64,000 nt of DNA. It comes from Thermodesulfobacteriota bacterium. Its GTDB lineage: Bacteria; Desulfobacterota; Binatia; Bin18. Position 1 is the stretch's first letter, and the number at the start of each line of letters is the position of its first letter. The notes beneath the pieces are model-generated. The model had not been told where the DNA came from. It ran no database searches and saw nothing but the letters and a program-made list of their open reading frames with translations. A program made the position numbers and the translations under genes. This document shows positions 28,129-36,893 of this stretch, piece by piece. Location: contig OZ219926.1 of the NCBI GenBank assembly GCA_964291405.2, forward strand, positions 4,160,001 to 4,224,000. Reading direction: 5' to 3'.

Positions 28129-29451
28129 ATGAATCTTTTCCTCATTTTTCAGTACGGCCTTATCGGCGCGTTTGTCGCCCTGTTGGCGACTTTCCTGTTG
28201 GTCATGGTCTCCGACAGTGTGGAAGGGCATGTTTCCCACCTTTTGGGTTTATACACGAAAAACCCAATCCTGAAATTTCTCGGCATCGGCATGGGCGGCG
28301 TGCTGCTCGCTCTGCAAGCCTTGATGTCTTACAAACGGGCCAAGGCACTGGAGGACACCGCGAACGCCCAGGCTGAAGCAGCGAAGGCACAGGCCAAGGC
28401 CACGGAGGAACAGGCAAAGGCCAACGAGAATACCGAACAGGGGCAGCGGCAGGAACGCCTGAAAAACGCCATAGAGCATCTTGGACACGCCTCGGACTCC
28501 GTGCGTTTGGGCGGGGCTTATGAACTGTTCCATCTGGCGCAAGATACGAAAGACTTGCGTCAGACTGTCCTGGACATTCTCTGCGCCCATATCCGACGGA
28601 CGACGGGCGAGGCTGCGTATCGGGAAAAGTATAAGTTCGAACCTTCAGAAGAAGTCCAAAGCTTATTGACCCTGCTGTTCGTGCAGGAGCGTGAAATCTT
28701 CAAAGGTCTCCGTATCAACCTGAAGGGAAGCTGGCTGAATGGGGCTGATCTCAGAGAAGCACGTTTAGCCAGAGCCATTCTGACCAATGCGTATCTGCAA
28801 AGAGCCCTGCTTCAAGGGGCGCACCTGCAAAGGACCGGCCTTGCCGTGGCGCACCTAGAAGAAGCAGTTCTCACCAAGGCTTGGCTACACGGAGCCGATC
28901 TTCTTGAGACATACATGCAAGGAGCTGCTCTTCAATCTGTGCGGTTGTATGGAGCTGATCTTCGTGGGGTGAAAATGCAAGGAGCTTATCTACCCGACGC
29001 GCATCTGCAGGGAGCCTTTCTTCAGTCTGTGTCGCTGGAGGGGGCGACCCTTTCGAGGGCCCGTCTACAAGGAACTGGTATTTCCTTCATATATCTGCAA
29101 GGAGCCTCTCTTAATGAGGCGAAGCTGCACGGGGCAGGAACTGATAATTGGTCTTCTTCGATGCCTTTTGCAGAGCGCATCAAGAGGTCAATTGGCAAAG
29201 AAAGTAATCTGTCGAGCGTATTTTTTGGAGGTATAGGCCGGGGAGGTGTAGACCTCCTTGTCGAAGGCTTGTCTGATAAAAAAGCAAGAATACTTCGAGA
29301 GATACTGAGGCCACATATTGACCAGCCAGTAAGCCACGAATTACCGGAAAATAGCGGTGCCATCACCGGAGCCTACACAGCCAAAGAAGCAGAACAATGG
29401 ATTGCCGAATACAACGAAGCCATGTCAGAAGTACCTGAGGGCGATAGCTGA
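28129..29451 (+). CDS. Membrane-anchored pentapeptide-repeat protein
   Basis: Two N-terminal TM helices, a coiled coil, AIEHLG..SVRLGGAYEL, then about 25-30 A(D/H)Lxx pentapeptides. Confidence 0.88.
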   Translation: MNLFLIFQYGLIGAFVALLATFLLVMVSDSVEGHVSHLLGLYTKNPILKFLGIGMGGVLLALQALMSYKRAKALEDTANAQAEAAKAQAKATEEQAKANENTEQGQRQERLKNAIEHLGHASDSVRLGGAYELFHLAQDTKDLRQTVLDILCAHIRRTTGEAAYREKYKFEPSEEVQSLLTLLFVQEREIFKGLRINLKGSWLNGADLREARLARAILTNAYLQRALLQGAHLQRTGLAVAHLEEAVLTKAWLHGADLLETYMQGAALQSVRLYGADLRGVKMQGAYLPDAHLQGAFLQSVSLEGATLSRARLQGTGISFIYLQGASLNEAKLHGAGTDNWSSSMPFAERIKRSIGKESNLSSVFFGGIGRGGVDLLVEGLSDKKARILREILRPHIDQPVSHELPENSGAITGAYTAKEAEQWIAEYNEAMSEVPEGDS

Positions 29452-30986
29452 TGCCCACCCTCCACTGGCTCACCCGAGACAAAGACCTCCGCACCGCCTC
29501 CTGCGTGCCGTATCGGCTGTTGGAAGAAGCGCCTGACCTGTCGGCAGGGGAACCGGACACGAGCAATATCCTGATTCAGGGCGACAACCTGGAAGCGCTC
29601 AAGGCGTTGCTGCCGTTCTACGCCGGGCGGGTGAAGTGCATCTATATCGACCCGCCGTACAACACGCACTCCGCCTTCGAGCATTACGACGACAGCCTCG
29701 AACACACGCAATGGCTGGCGATGATGTGGCCACGCCTCGAATTATTGAGAGAGTTCATGACGGATGAAGGGTCAATCTGGATCAATATTGACGATGACGA
29801 GGGACACTATCTCAAGATCATTGCTGACGAAATCTATGGCCGAAGAAATTTCATCGTTAACTGTCTTTGGCAAAAGAGAACGTCGCCCGACGGAAGGATA
29901 AATATGGGCGATGCTCATGACCATATCTTTGTCTATGGCAGTCAGACGACAAGAGACAGTTTCAACAACCTGGCATTAACGGAGGAACAGCGGAGTTTGT
30001 ACAAGAACCCTGATAACGACTTACGTGGCCCGTGGGTTTCTACGGACTTCACTGCTCAGGGTTGGCGGCCGAATCAGATGTATGAAATCGTCACTCCCGC
30101 CGGCGTGCGATATTCTCCACCAGAGGGCCGGTGTTGGGCTAATGTCGAAGAGAATTTTACCCGTCTGCGTAATCAAGGGCGGATATGGTTTGGAAAGGAT
30201 GGCAGCTCTCGGCCACGTGTAAAAAACTATCTGTCGGAGGCAGAAGGGGTGAAATCCTGGAGTTGGTGGGCCAACAGAGAAGTTGGTCATAATCAGGAAG
30301 CCAAGAAAGAAATCAACGCTCTGTTTGGGGCATTGAACGCCTTCGACACTCCAAAACCCGAACGTCTCATCCAACGTATTCTTCACATTGCCACCAACCC
30401 CGGCGACCTGATACTCGACTCCTTCCTCGGCTCCGGTACCACGGCGGCAGTCGCCCACAAGATGGGCAGGCGCTACATCGGCATTGAGATGGGCGAGCAC
30501 GCGGTGACGCATTGCGTACCCCGCTTGCGAAAGGTCATTGACGGCGAGCAGGGCGGCATCTCAAAAAGTGTCGGTTGGCAGGGTGGGGGCGGGTTCCGTT
30601 TCTACCGGCTCGGGCCACCGGTGTTTGATGAGGAGGGACAGATTCGAGCGGACATTCGCTTTCCGGTGCTGGCTGCCCATGTCTGGTTCAGCGAGACCGG
30701 GCGTCCGTGGAATGGGAGCGGGGATTCGCCCTTCCTGGGTCTGCACGACGGCCACGCCTATGCGCTGCTGTACAACGGCATCCTGGGCGATAGGCGCCCG
30801 AATGGTGGCAACGTGCTGACACGGGCCACACTTGCTACGATTCGGGAAGAGATTGCGCGCAAGCATGCGCGTTTCAACGGGCCGATGACGGTCTATGGCG
30901 AACAGTCGCGCCTGGCCTCTGCTACTTTGGAGCGGGACGGCATTACCTTCAAGCAAATGCCGTATGATGTGAAGGCAAGAACCTGA
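29451..30986 (+). CDS. mod: Type III R-M modification methyltransferase (beta class)
   Basis: LIQGDNLEALK, YIDPPYN, central TRD, TPKPERL, DSFLGSGTT. Confidence 0.92.
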   Translation: MPTLHWLTRDKDLRTASCVPYRLLEEAPDLSAGEPDTSNILIQGDNLEALKALLPFYAGRVKCIYIDPPYNTHSAFEHYDDSLEHTQWLAMMWPRLELLREFMTDEGSIWINIDDDEGHYLKIIADEIYGRRNFIVNCLWQKRTSPDGRINMGDAHDHIFVYGSQTTRDSFNNLALTEEQRSLYKNPDNDLRGPWVSTDFTAQGWRPNQMYEIVTPAGVRYSPPEGRCWANVEENFTRLRNQGRIWFGKDGSSRPRVKNYLSEAEGVKSWSWWANREVGHNQEAKKEINALFGALNAFDTPKPERLIQRILHIATNPGDLILDSFLGSGTTAAVAHKMGRRYIGIEMGEHAVTHCVPRLRKVIDGEQGGISKSVGWQGGGGFRFYRLGPPVFDEEGQIRADIRFPVLAAHVWFSETGRPWNGSGDSPFLGLHDGHAYALLYNGILGDRRPNGGNVLTRATLATIREEIARKHARFNGPMTVYGEQSRLASATLERDGITFKQMPYDVKART

Positions 30987-31054
30987 TTGGTTGACGAGCG
31001 TCAGGACAGTTTGTACCTGATTGTCAGATCATGACTCCACAGGAGGACAGAGGA

Positions 31055-31246
31055 ATGCAGCAGACCTTTCGAGTGAAAGCTGTGTGGGACGCTGAGGCAG
31101 AAGTGTTCTACTCTGAAAGCGATATCGAGGGCTTGCACATTGAGGCGGCTACCCTTCGACTCTGCTCAGGACAGGCCCTGGATGAATTTGAAGCAATCAT
31201 GCTGGACGCAGCGCCTGAACTCATCATGGTGAACCATCGTACTTGA
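31055..31246 (+). CDS. DUF1902 (HicB-like) protein with an in-frame 8-aa repeat-derived insertion; possibly truncated at the C-terminus
   Basis: VKAVWDAEAEVFYSESDIEGLHIEAAT[LRLCSGQA]LDEFE...PELI..NH. Confidence 0.75.
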   Translation: MQQTFRVKAVWDAEAEVFYSESDIEGLHIEAATLRLCSGQALDEFEAIMLDAAPELIMVNHRT

Positions 31247-31253
31247 GAGGGCA

Positions 31254-31363
31254 GGTCCTTCGACTTCGCTTGCGCTACGCTCAGGACGAATGGGTGCTTA
31301 GGACCGCCGGTCATGCTGAGCGTAGCCCCGGAGGGGCGAAGTCGAAGCACGCTCAGGACGAAC
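31254..31363. repeat. Inverted doublet of CTTCGACTTCGC-x-GCTACGCTCAG repeats upstream of the GIY-YIG gene
   Basis: Forward unit 31254-31290, reverse unit 31311-31350, partial GCTCAGGACGAAC at 31351-31363. Confidence 0.85.
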
Positions 31364-31380
31364 GTGTGGGCGAGGGTGCC

Positions 31381-31677
31381 ATGAGTTTCTGGGTCTACAT
31401 TTTACGCTGTGGAGACGGGTCCTATTACACCGGTCATACGGATGATCTTGAACGCCGTCTTCACCAACATCAGGCCGGGACTTTCGGGGGATACACTTCG
31501 TCCCGGAAACCATTATCCTTGGTCTATTCCTGTCCATTCCCGTCGAGGGAAGAGGCCATGCGAGCGGAACGGCAGATTAAAGGTTGGAGTCGAAAGAAGA
31601 AAGAGGCCATGCTGCGCGGAGACTGGACTGCGGTCAATCGGTTGTCTCGTGGGAAACATAGGCATCAACGGTCGTAA
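31381..31677 (+). CDS. Small GIY-YIG nuclease (YhbQ/UPF0213-like)
   Basis: WVYILRCGDGSYYTGHTDDLERRLHQH...AERQIKGWSRKKK. Confidence 0.92.
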   Translation: MSFWVYILRCGDGSYYTGHTDDLERRLHQHQAGTFGGYTSSRKPLSLVYSCPFPSREEAMRAERQIKGWSRKKKEAMLRGDWTAVNRLSRGKHRHQRS

Positions 31678-31678
31678 T

Positions 31679-31863
31679 GGTCCTTCGACTTCGCTGACGC
31701 TACGCTCAGGACGAACGGCGGGGAGACCGTCGGTCCTGAGCGTAAGGCGCACCGCGCCTGAAGTCGAAGGGCGCTCAGGACGAACGGAACAAAGGCTATT
31801 GGTCCTGAACACCCGCCATTCATGCTGAGCGTAGCCCCAGAGGGGCGGAGTCGAAGCACGCTC
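31679..31863. repeat. Cluster of the same repeats downstream of the GIY-YIG gene
   Basis: Forward unit 31679-31718, reverse unit 31727-31772, partial unit 31773-31787, reverse unit 31819-31863. Confidence 0.85.
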
Positions 31864-31921
31864 GGGATAGGCACAGCACAAGCGCAAGCGAAGGACGAAC
31901 GGGTCTGGAAGAAGACGAGTC

Positions 31922-34549
31922 ATGCAACTGAAGCAGTATCAGGCCGATGCGCTGGCCGTTCTGCGCCGCTTCTTTGAAGAAGCCCGCATGGCCGGGCCGA
32001 GGAATGCCTACGAAACTATTACCAAAGAACCCGAATATGCGGACCGGCTCGGGCGCTATGGCGGAACGTATAGCGCCCCACTCACGGACCTGCCGAACAT
32101 GCCGTACGTCTGCCTGCGTCTGCCGACCGGCGGTGGCAAAACAATCCTGGGCGCTCACGCCGTTGCCGTAGCGCGTGATGCCTGGATAGAGAAAGACTAT
32201 CCGCTGGTCCTGTGGCTGGTGCCGACAAAGACGATTCGTTCGCAAACAGTCGAAGCCCTGAAGAACGCCGGCCACCCGTATCGGCAGGTTCTGGATGAAG
32301 ACTTTGACGGCCGGGTGCGCGTGTTCGATATTGCGGACTTTACCCATATTCGACCGCACGACCTGCGCGACCACTGCTGTATTATAGTCGGCACTATTCA
32401 GACATTGCGGGTGACGAACACCGAGGGCCGTAAGGTCTACGCCCACCACGAGGAAATGGAGCCGCATTTCTCCGGGGCCCAGAATGCTACGCCGGGCCTG
32501 GAGAAAATGGAGGGCGGCGTCAAGTTTTCCTTCGCCAACCTGCTGCACATCCACCGCCCGCTGATGATCGTGGATGAGGCCCACAACGCGGTAACCGGTC
32601 TGACTCGCGAGATGCAAACGCGGGTCAATCCGTGCGCGATTATCGAGTTCACCGCCACTCCTCAGCCCAAGTCGAATATCCTGTACAGCGTCTCCGCCCT
32701 GGAACTCAAACGCGAGGACATGATCAAGTTGCCGATCATGCTGTCCGAGCACGGCACCTGGCAAAACGCGGTCAACGGCGCGATTGCGAAGCGGGCGTCT
32801 CTGGCAGAAGCCGCCAAACGAGACGCCGCCTACCTCCGGCCCATCGTCCTGTTCCAGGCTCAGAAGAAAAATCAAGAAGTTACGGTCGAAGCGCTGAAAG
32901 AACATCTGACGGATGTTGAGCACATTCCCGCAAGCGTAATCGCCATTGCTACCGGCGACCAGCGGGAACTGGACGGTATCGACCTGTTCGATCCACATTG
33001 TCCGATTGAATACGTCATCACCGTCGAAGCCCTGAAAGAAGGCTGGGACTGTTCCTTCGCCTATGTGTTTTGCTCGGTCTCGCGTATTCACAGTGCGACA
33101 GATGTGGAACAGCTCTTGGGCCGCGTGCTGCGCATGCCCTACGCCAAGCGGCGTAAAGTTACCGATCTGAACAAGGCGTATGCCTACCTGTCCGAGCCGT
33201 CCTCGGGAGCATCCGCGCGGGCATTGACCGATAAGCTCGTTGCAATGGGATTTGAGGAAGATGAGGCGCGTGACAACATTGAGCCGGTACAGGGAGAGTT
33301 GGGAGGCGAGGACGGTCTTTTCGGTCTGCGCGACCAGCCGCCACCATCATTCCGGCATACGCTCTCGGTGACGCCAGAGGCGCTGTCAGCCTTGAAGCAG
33401 ACACAACGAGACGGTGTGACGGTGCGCGAGACTGGTGGCGGGAAAGTTGAGATCGAGATTGTTGGCCCTGTGGACGACGCTCTGGAAACGGTCATCCGTG
33501 CAGCGGTCCCGGAGGCGGAACATGGGCGGATTGATGAGTCCTTTGGGGAGTATCGGAAGCTTCTCTCGCCCGCCGAACGTGGTGAGAAGTTCGACGTGCC
33601 GCGTCTCATGGCGGAACTCCAAGGAGAGCTTGAGTTCGCCGATACCGACGTGTTCATGGAAGATCACGATTGGTCGCTGCTCAACCACTCGTCGCACTTG
33701 GATGAGCATGAATTTACGGTCCGTGAGACATCACGCAGTTTTGAGATCGACATTGACGGCAGGCACGTCACCTATCAGTTCGCCGGCGAGGAGGAGCAAC
33801 TCGCGCTGAACGTAGACGTAGCAGGCTGGACGCCTGAAGCTCTGGTGCTGTGGCTTGATCGACAGGTGCGTCAGCCCGACATCAGGCAGGGTGAATTGAT
33901 CAAATGGCTGTCCGAACTCGTTGGCCATCTAATAAACAGACGCGCCCTGCATATCGCTGCACTCATGCGGTGTAAGTTTATCCTGGCACGGAAGCTACGC
34001 GACAAAATTAGCGCCATTCGTCGGCAGGAACGAAAGAGTACCTATCAACAGCGTCTTTTTGCGCCAGAGGCAAAAGTCGAAATATCCTTCGACGATGCCT
34101 TCTCATTCAAGGCCGGGATGTATCAGGATCAGCGGCGATACCGGGGGCGCTGGGAGCCGGGGAAGCATTTTTTAGGTTCAGACCACGTTCCGGCTTTCGA
34201 CGGCGCGGACGATGGTGAAGAAGTCCAGTGCGCCCAGGAGCTCGACAGCCTGCCCGGCGTGAAATACTGGATTCGCAATGTAGCCCGCCACCCGGAGTCG
34301 TTCTGGCTGCCAACCGCAACGGACAAGTTTTACCCTGACCTCGTAGCACTGCTGAACGACGGACGGCTGCTCGTTGTCGAATATAAGGGGGCACATATCG
34401 CTGATGGAGCGGATACCGCAGAGAAACGGACCATCGGCGAACTGTGGCAACAAAAAAGCAACGGCAAGGGCCTTTTCCTCGTTGTTGAAAGACTCCTCAA
34501 CGGCCGGGACGTATACCAGCAGTTGATAGAGAAAACTGGTGCTACCTGA
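31922..34549 (+). CDS. res: Type III R-M restriction subunit (SF2 helicase + PD-(D/E)xK nuclease)
   Basis: LPTGGGKT, DEAH, LKEGWD, QLLGRVLR, C-terminal FYPDLV...VEYKG. Confidence 0.92.
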   Translation: MQLKQYQADALAVLRRFFEEARMAGPRNAYETITKEPEYADRLGRYGGTYSAPLTDLPNMPYVCLRLPTGGGKTILGAHAVAVARDAWIEKDYPLVLWLVPTKTIRSQTVEALKNAGHPYRQVLDEDFDGRVRVFDIADFTHIRPHDLRDHCCIIVGTIQTLRVTNTEGRKVYAHHEEMEPHFSGAQNATPGLEKMEGGVKFSFANLLHIHRPLMIVDEAHNAVTGLTREMQTRVNPCAIIEFTATPQPKSNILYSVSALELKREDMIKLPIMLSEHGTWQNAVNGAIAKRASLAEAAKRDAAYLRPIVLFQAQKKNQEVTVEALKEHLTDVEHIPASVIAIATGDQRELDGIDLFDPHCPIEYVITVEALKEGWDCSFAYVFCSVSRIHSATDVEQLLGRVLRMPYAKRRKVTDLNKAYAYLSEPSSGASARALTDKLVAMGFEEDEARDNIEPVQGELGGEDGLFGLRDQPPPSFRHTLSVTPEALSALKQTQRDGVTVRETGGGKVEIEIVGPVDDALETVIRAAVPEAEHGRIDESFGEYRKLLSPAERGEKFDVPRLMAELQGELEFADTDVFMEDHDWSLLNHSSHLDEHEFTVRETSRSFEIDIDGRHVTYQFAGEEEQLALNVDVAGWTPEALVLWLDRQVRQPDIRQGELIKWLSELVGHLINRRALHIAALMRCKFILARKLRDKISAIRRQERKSTYQQRLFAPEAKVEISFDDAFSFKAGMYQDQRRYRGRWEPGKHFLGSDHVPAFDGADDGEEVQCAQELDSLPGVKYWIRNVARHPESFWLPTATDKFYPDLVALLNDGRLLVVEYKGAHIADGADTAEKRTIGELWQQKSNGKGLFLVVERLLNGRDVYQQLIEKTGAT

Positions 34550-34590
34550 AGCTGTGCAAGCACTTTGCGATACGCGAGCGCACGGCGCAG

Positions 34591-34821
34591 CTACGGCCCA
34601 TCGTGAAACACTCTCGCCTGTCGGTTGGCAAGCTGTTCACGCGGCGCTCTGTTCGGCCGACCATGAATACGGTTGAACCAGCTTTCTCGTTCAGCCGAGG
34701 CCACCCCATACCAGTCTAAAGAGAGCATGGCGCGCGAACCACAGTAGAGACAAACCCCTTTGGGGATGCTGGTCAGTAATGCTTCACAGTCTTGACATTG
34801 ATAAGTAAACGTTCCCTTCAT
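34591..34821 (-). CDS. Small zinc-ribbon protein
   Basis: YQCQDC...CLYCGS; AGGAGG RBS upstream of ATG 34821. Confidence 0.65.
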   Translation of the reverse strand: MKGTFTYQCQDCEALLTSIPKGVCLYCGSRAMLSLDWYGVASAERESWFNRIHGRPNRAPREQLANRQARVFHDGP

Positions 34822-35001
34822 CCGCGACCTCCTCACCTCATCCACAGGAACCATCCACCGTCTACTCTCCCCGTTTCCCGAATAGACAGCTACTTGCTGA
34901 CTATATCATTTTCTTCCCGAAGAGACAGCCCCGACCAAGAGGTATGGGGGATTGCGTAGCGTGACTGTTTGCGCATACTCCACCTGCGTGGAGGAATGAA
35001 C

Positions 35002-36192
35002 ATGATGCAACCGCTGGCTGGCTTTCGGGTCCTTGATCTCTCGCGCATATTAGCCGGGCCTTTTTGCGCCATGACCCTGGGAGACCTTGGGGCCGAGGTC
35101 ATCAAAATCGAGCGGCCGGGAAGCGGTGATGATACCCGTGCCTGGGGGCCGCCGTTTGCGGGCGGGGAAAGTGCGTATTACCTCTGCGCCAACCGCAATA
35201 AAAAAAGTATTACCGTCAATCTCAAATCGGATGCGGGCAAGGAATTGATTCGCCGTCTCGTTCGAGTCAGCGATGTGCTCATTGAAAACTTCAAATCCGG
35301 GGAAATGGAGTCACTGAATCTTGGATATGAACAGCTCAAGCAGGAGAACGCAGGGCTGGTCTATTGTGCGATTACCGGCTACGGCCAGACCGGTCCGGAC
35401 AAAGACCTACCCGGCTATGACTTCATTATTCAGGGCCGGGGCGGGGTGATGAGCATCACCGGCGAGGCCGGGGGCGAGCCCATGAAAGTCGGGGTCGCCA
35501 TTACCGACATTACTGCCGGTTTGTTCGCCGCCAATGCCATTCAGGCCGCCTTGCTCGCCCGAACGAAAACGGGCCAAGGGCAGGCGATCGACATCTCTCT
35601 GCTGGACGCCCAAGTCGCGTGGCTGGCAAACGTTGGCAGTAATTATTTAGTGTCTGGTACCAAGCCCGGTCGATACGGCAACGCTCATCCATCCATTGTG
35701 CCGTATCAGTCCTTTCAAGCCCAAGACGGCTATTTTTGTCTGGCGGTTGGCAACGATGGCCAGTGGCAGAAACTCTGCCGGCTCATCGCCCGCCCTGAGC
35801 TGACGGCTGACGAACGTTTTTCCACCAACCCCGCGCGAGTACAAAACCGGGAGCTCCTTATTCCCATTCTCCAAGACGTGTTTGGCACGGACACGGTACA
35901 CGGTTGGCTGCAAAAAATTCGCGCCGCCGGTATTGCGTGCGGGCCCATTCAATCCATTGACGAAGTCTTTGCTGACGAACAGGTGCTTGCCCGCGACATG
36001 CGTGTGGCCATGCCGCATCCAACCGCGGGAGAAGTCCTGCTTGCCGGCTCGCCGCTCAAACTCTCCGCGACCCCGGTCGAGTTCCACCTCCCGCCGCCTT
36101 TATTAGGAGAGCATACAGACGAGGTGTTGACAGACCTGCTTGGCTATTCGGCCAAGGAGATTAGGCGGTTGCGCGGAGAAGGGGTGGTTTGA
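35002..36192 (+). CDS. CoA-transferase family III (CaiB/BaiF)
   Basis: LDLSRILAGP, LGAEVIKIERP..GDDTR, NRNKKS, GYD, PPPLLGEHT. Confidence 0.93.
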   Translation: MMQPLAGFRVLDLSRILAGPFCAMTLGDLGAEVIKIERPGSGDDTRAWGPPFAGGESAYYLCANRNKKSITVNLKSDAGKELIRRLVRVSDVLIENFKSGEMESLNLGYEQLKQENAGLVYCAITGYGQTGPDKDLPGYDFIIQGRGGVMSITGEAGGEPMKVGVAITDITAGLFAANAIQAALLARTKTGQGQAIDISLLDAQVAWLANVGSNYLVSGTKPGRYGNAHPSIVPYQSFQAQDGYFCLAVGNDGQWQKLCRLIARPELTADERFSTNPARVQNRELLIPILQDVFGTDTVHGWLQKIRAAGIACGPIQSIDEVFADEQVLARDMRVAMPHPTAGEVLLAGSPLKLSATPVEFHLPPPLLGEHTDEVLTDLLGYSAKEIRRLRGEGVV

Positions 36193-36205
36193 TTAGCGAC
36201 ACACT

Positions 36206-36640
36206 TTACCTGTTGGTTGTTATAAAAGGATTGCGAACCCTCACACTCCCGTACATGCGCGTATGCTGAAAGTCTTCGGAGAGGATTTCGGTCAGTCCGT
36301 AGACTTCCGCGTAGGCCCACAGGTGGGCATCAAACCAGGATAAACCGTACGCTGCCGCACCCCGTAAGGCGGTCCGCAACACAGCTTCATTGGGATAAAG
36401 GGCTCTAAACTGAGCCAGCATTTCTTCTGCCTCGCGTCGCGCATCCGCTGGCTCCAGGAGTTGGACTTCGGGTCTGCCGCGGGTCGTTGCCGTAACGAAC
36501 TCGACAATGGCCTGACTCGGTACTCTGAATACGTTGGATTTGATGCCTTGGCGTAGAATGTCGGTCACAATCCGCTGCTTTTCCGGAAAGCGAGCGTCGT
36601 AACGATAGACCAGGATATTGGTATCAATGAGGACGGGCAC
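36206..36640 (-). CDS. PIN-domain (VapC-like) toxin
   Basis: LIDTNILVY, QAIVEF, LSWFDAHLWAYA, ILSEDF, VRNPF. The GTG start overlaps the antitoxin end. Confidence 0.9.
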   Translation of the reverse strand: MPVLIDTNILVYRYDARFPEKQRIVTDILRQGIKSNVFRVPSQAIVEFVTATTRGRPEVQLLEPADARREAEEMLAQFRALYPNEAVLRTALRGAAAYGLSWFDAHLWAYAEVYGLTEILSEDFQHTRMYGSVRVRNPFITTNR

Positions 36641-36869
36641 GTTGGTACAGGTCTTCGCGCGTCCAGCCACGGCGGTGCGCCCGCTTACGAGGTTCTACCA
36701 GCGATTGGCTCTTACGCTGCCGTGTTGTTGCGGCATCGAACAACTCCAGACGTTCGTTTACGTTGAGCGCGGCGGTTGACATGCCTGTGGTCGGAGGTGG
36801 GACTTGAATGACATCTCCCTCGGCCTCAATAGGAACTCTCCCCCACAATTTACTCGTAATCTTCGCCAT
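36624..36869 (-). CDS. AbrB-type antitoxin with an apparently shortened DNA-binding domain
   Basis: MAKITSKL start and RGWTREDLY tail; the AbrB core looks internally deleted. Confidence 0.7.
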   Translation of the reverse strand: MAKITSKLWGRVPIEAEGDVIQVPPPTTGMSTAALNVNERLELFDAATTRQRKSQSLVEPRKRAHRRGWTREDLYQRARPH

Positions 36870-36893
36870 ATTCTTGACTCTGGCAATGGCGAG

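Noticed and set aside
29451-30986. Phase-variable mod gene
   Set aside because: No simple-sequence repeat tract or long homopolymer was seen, and the frame is intact.
31243-31380. N-terminal extension of the GIY-YIG ORF given by the ORF track
   Set aside because: It is a translation of the repeat DNA (LRLRLRYAQDE); the family-like sequence begins at ATG 31381.
31254-31863. CRISPR array
   Set aside because: Units alternate in orientation, vary internally and are irregularly spaced; no cas genes are present.
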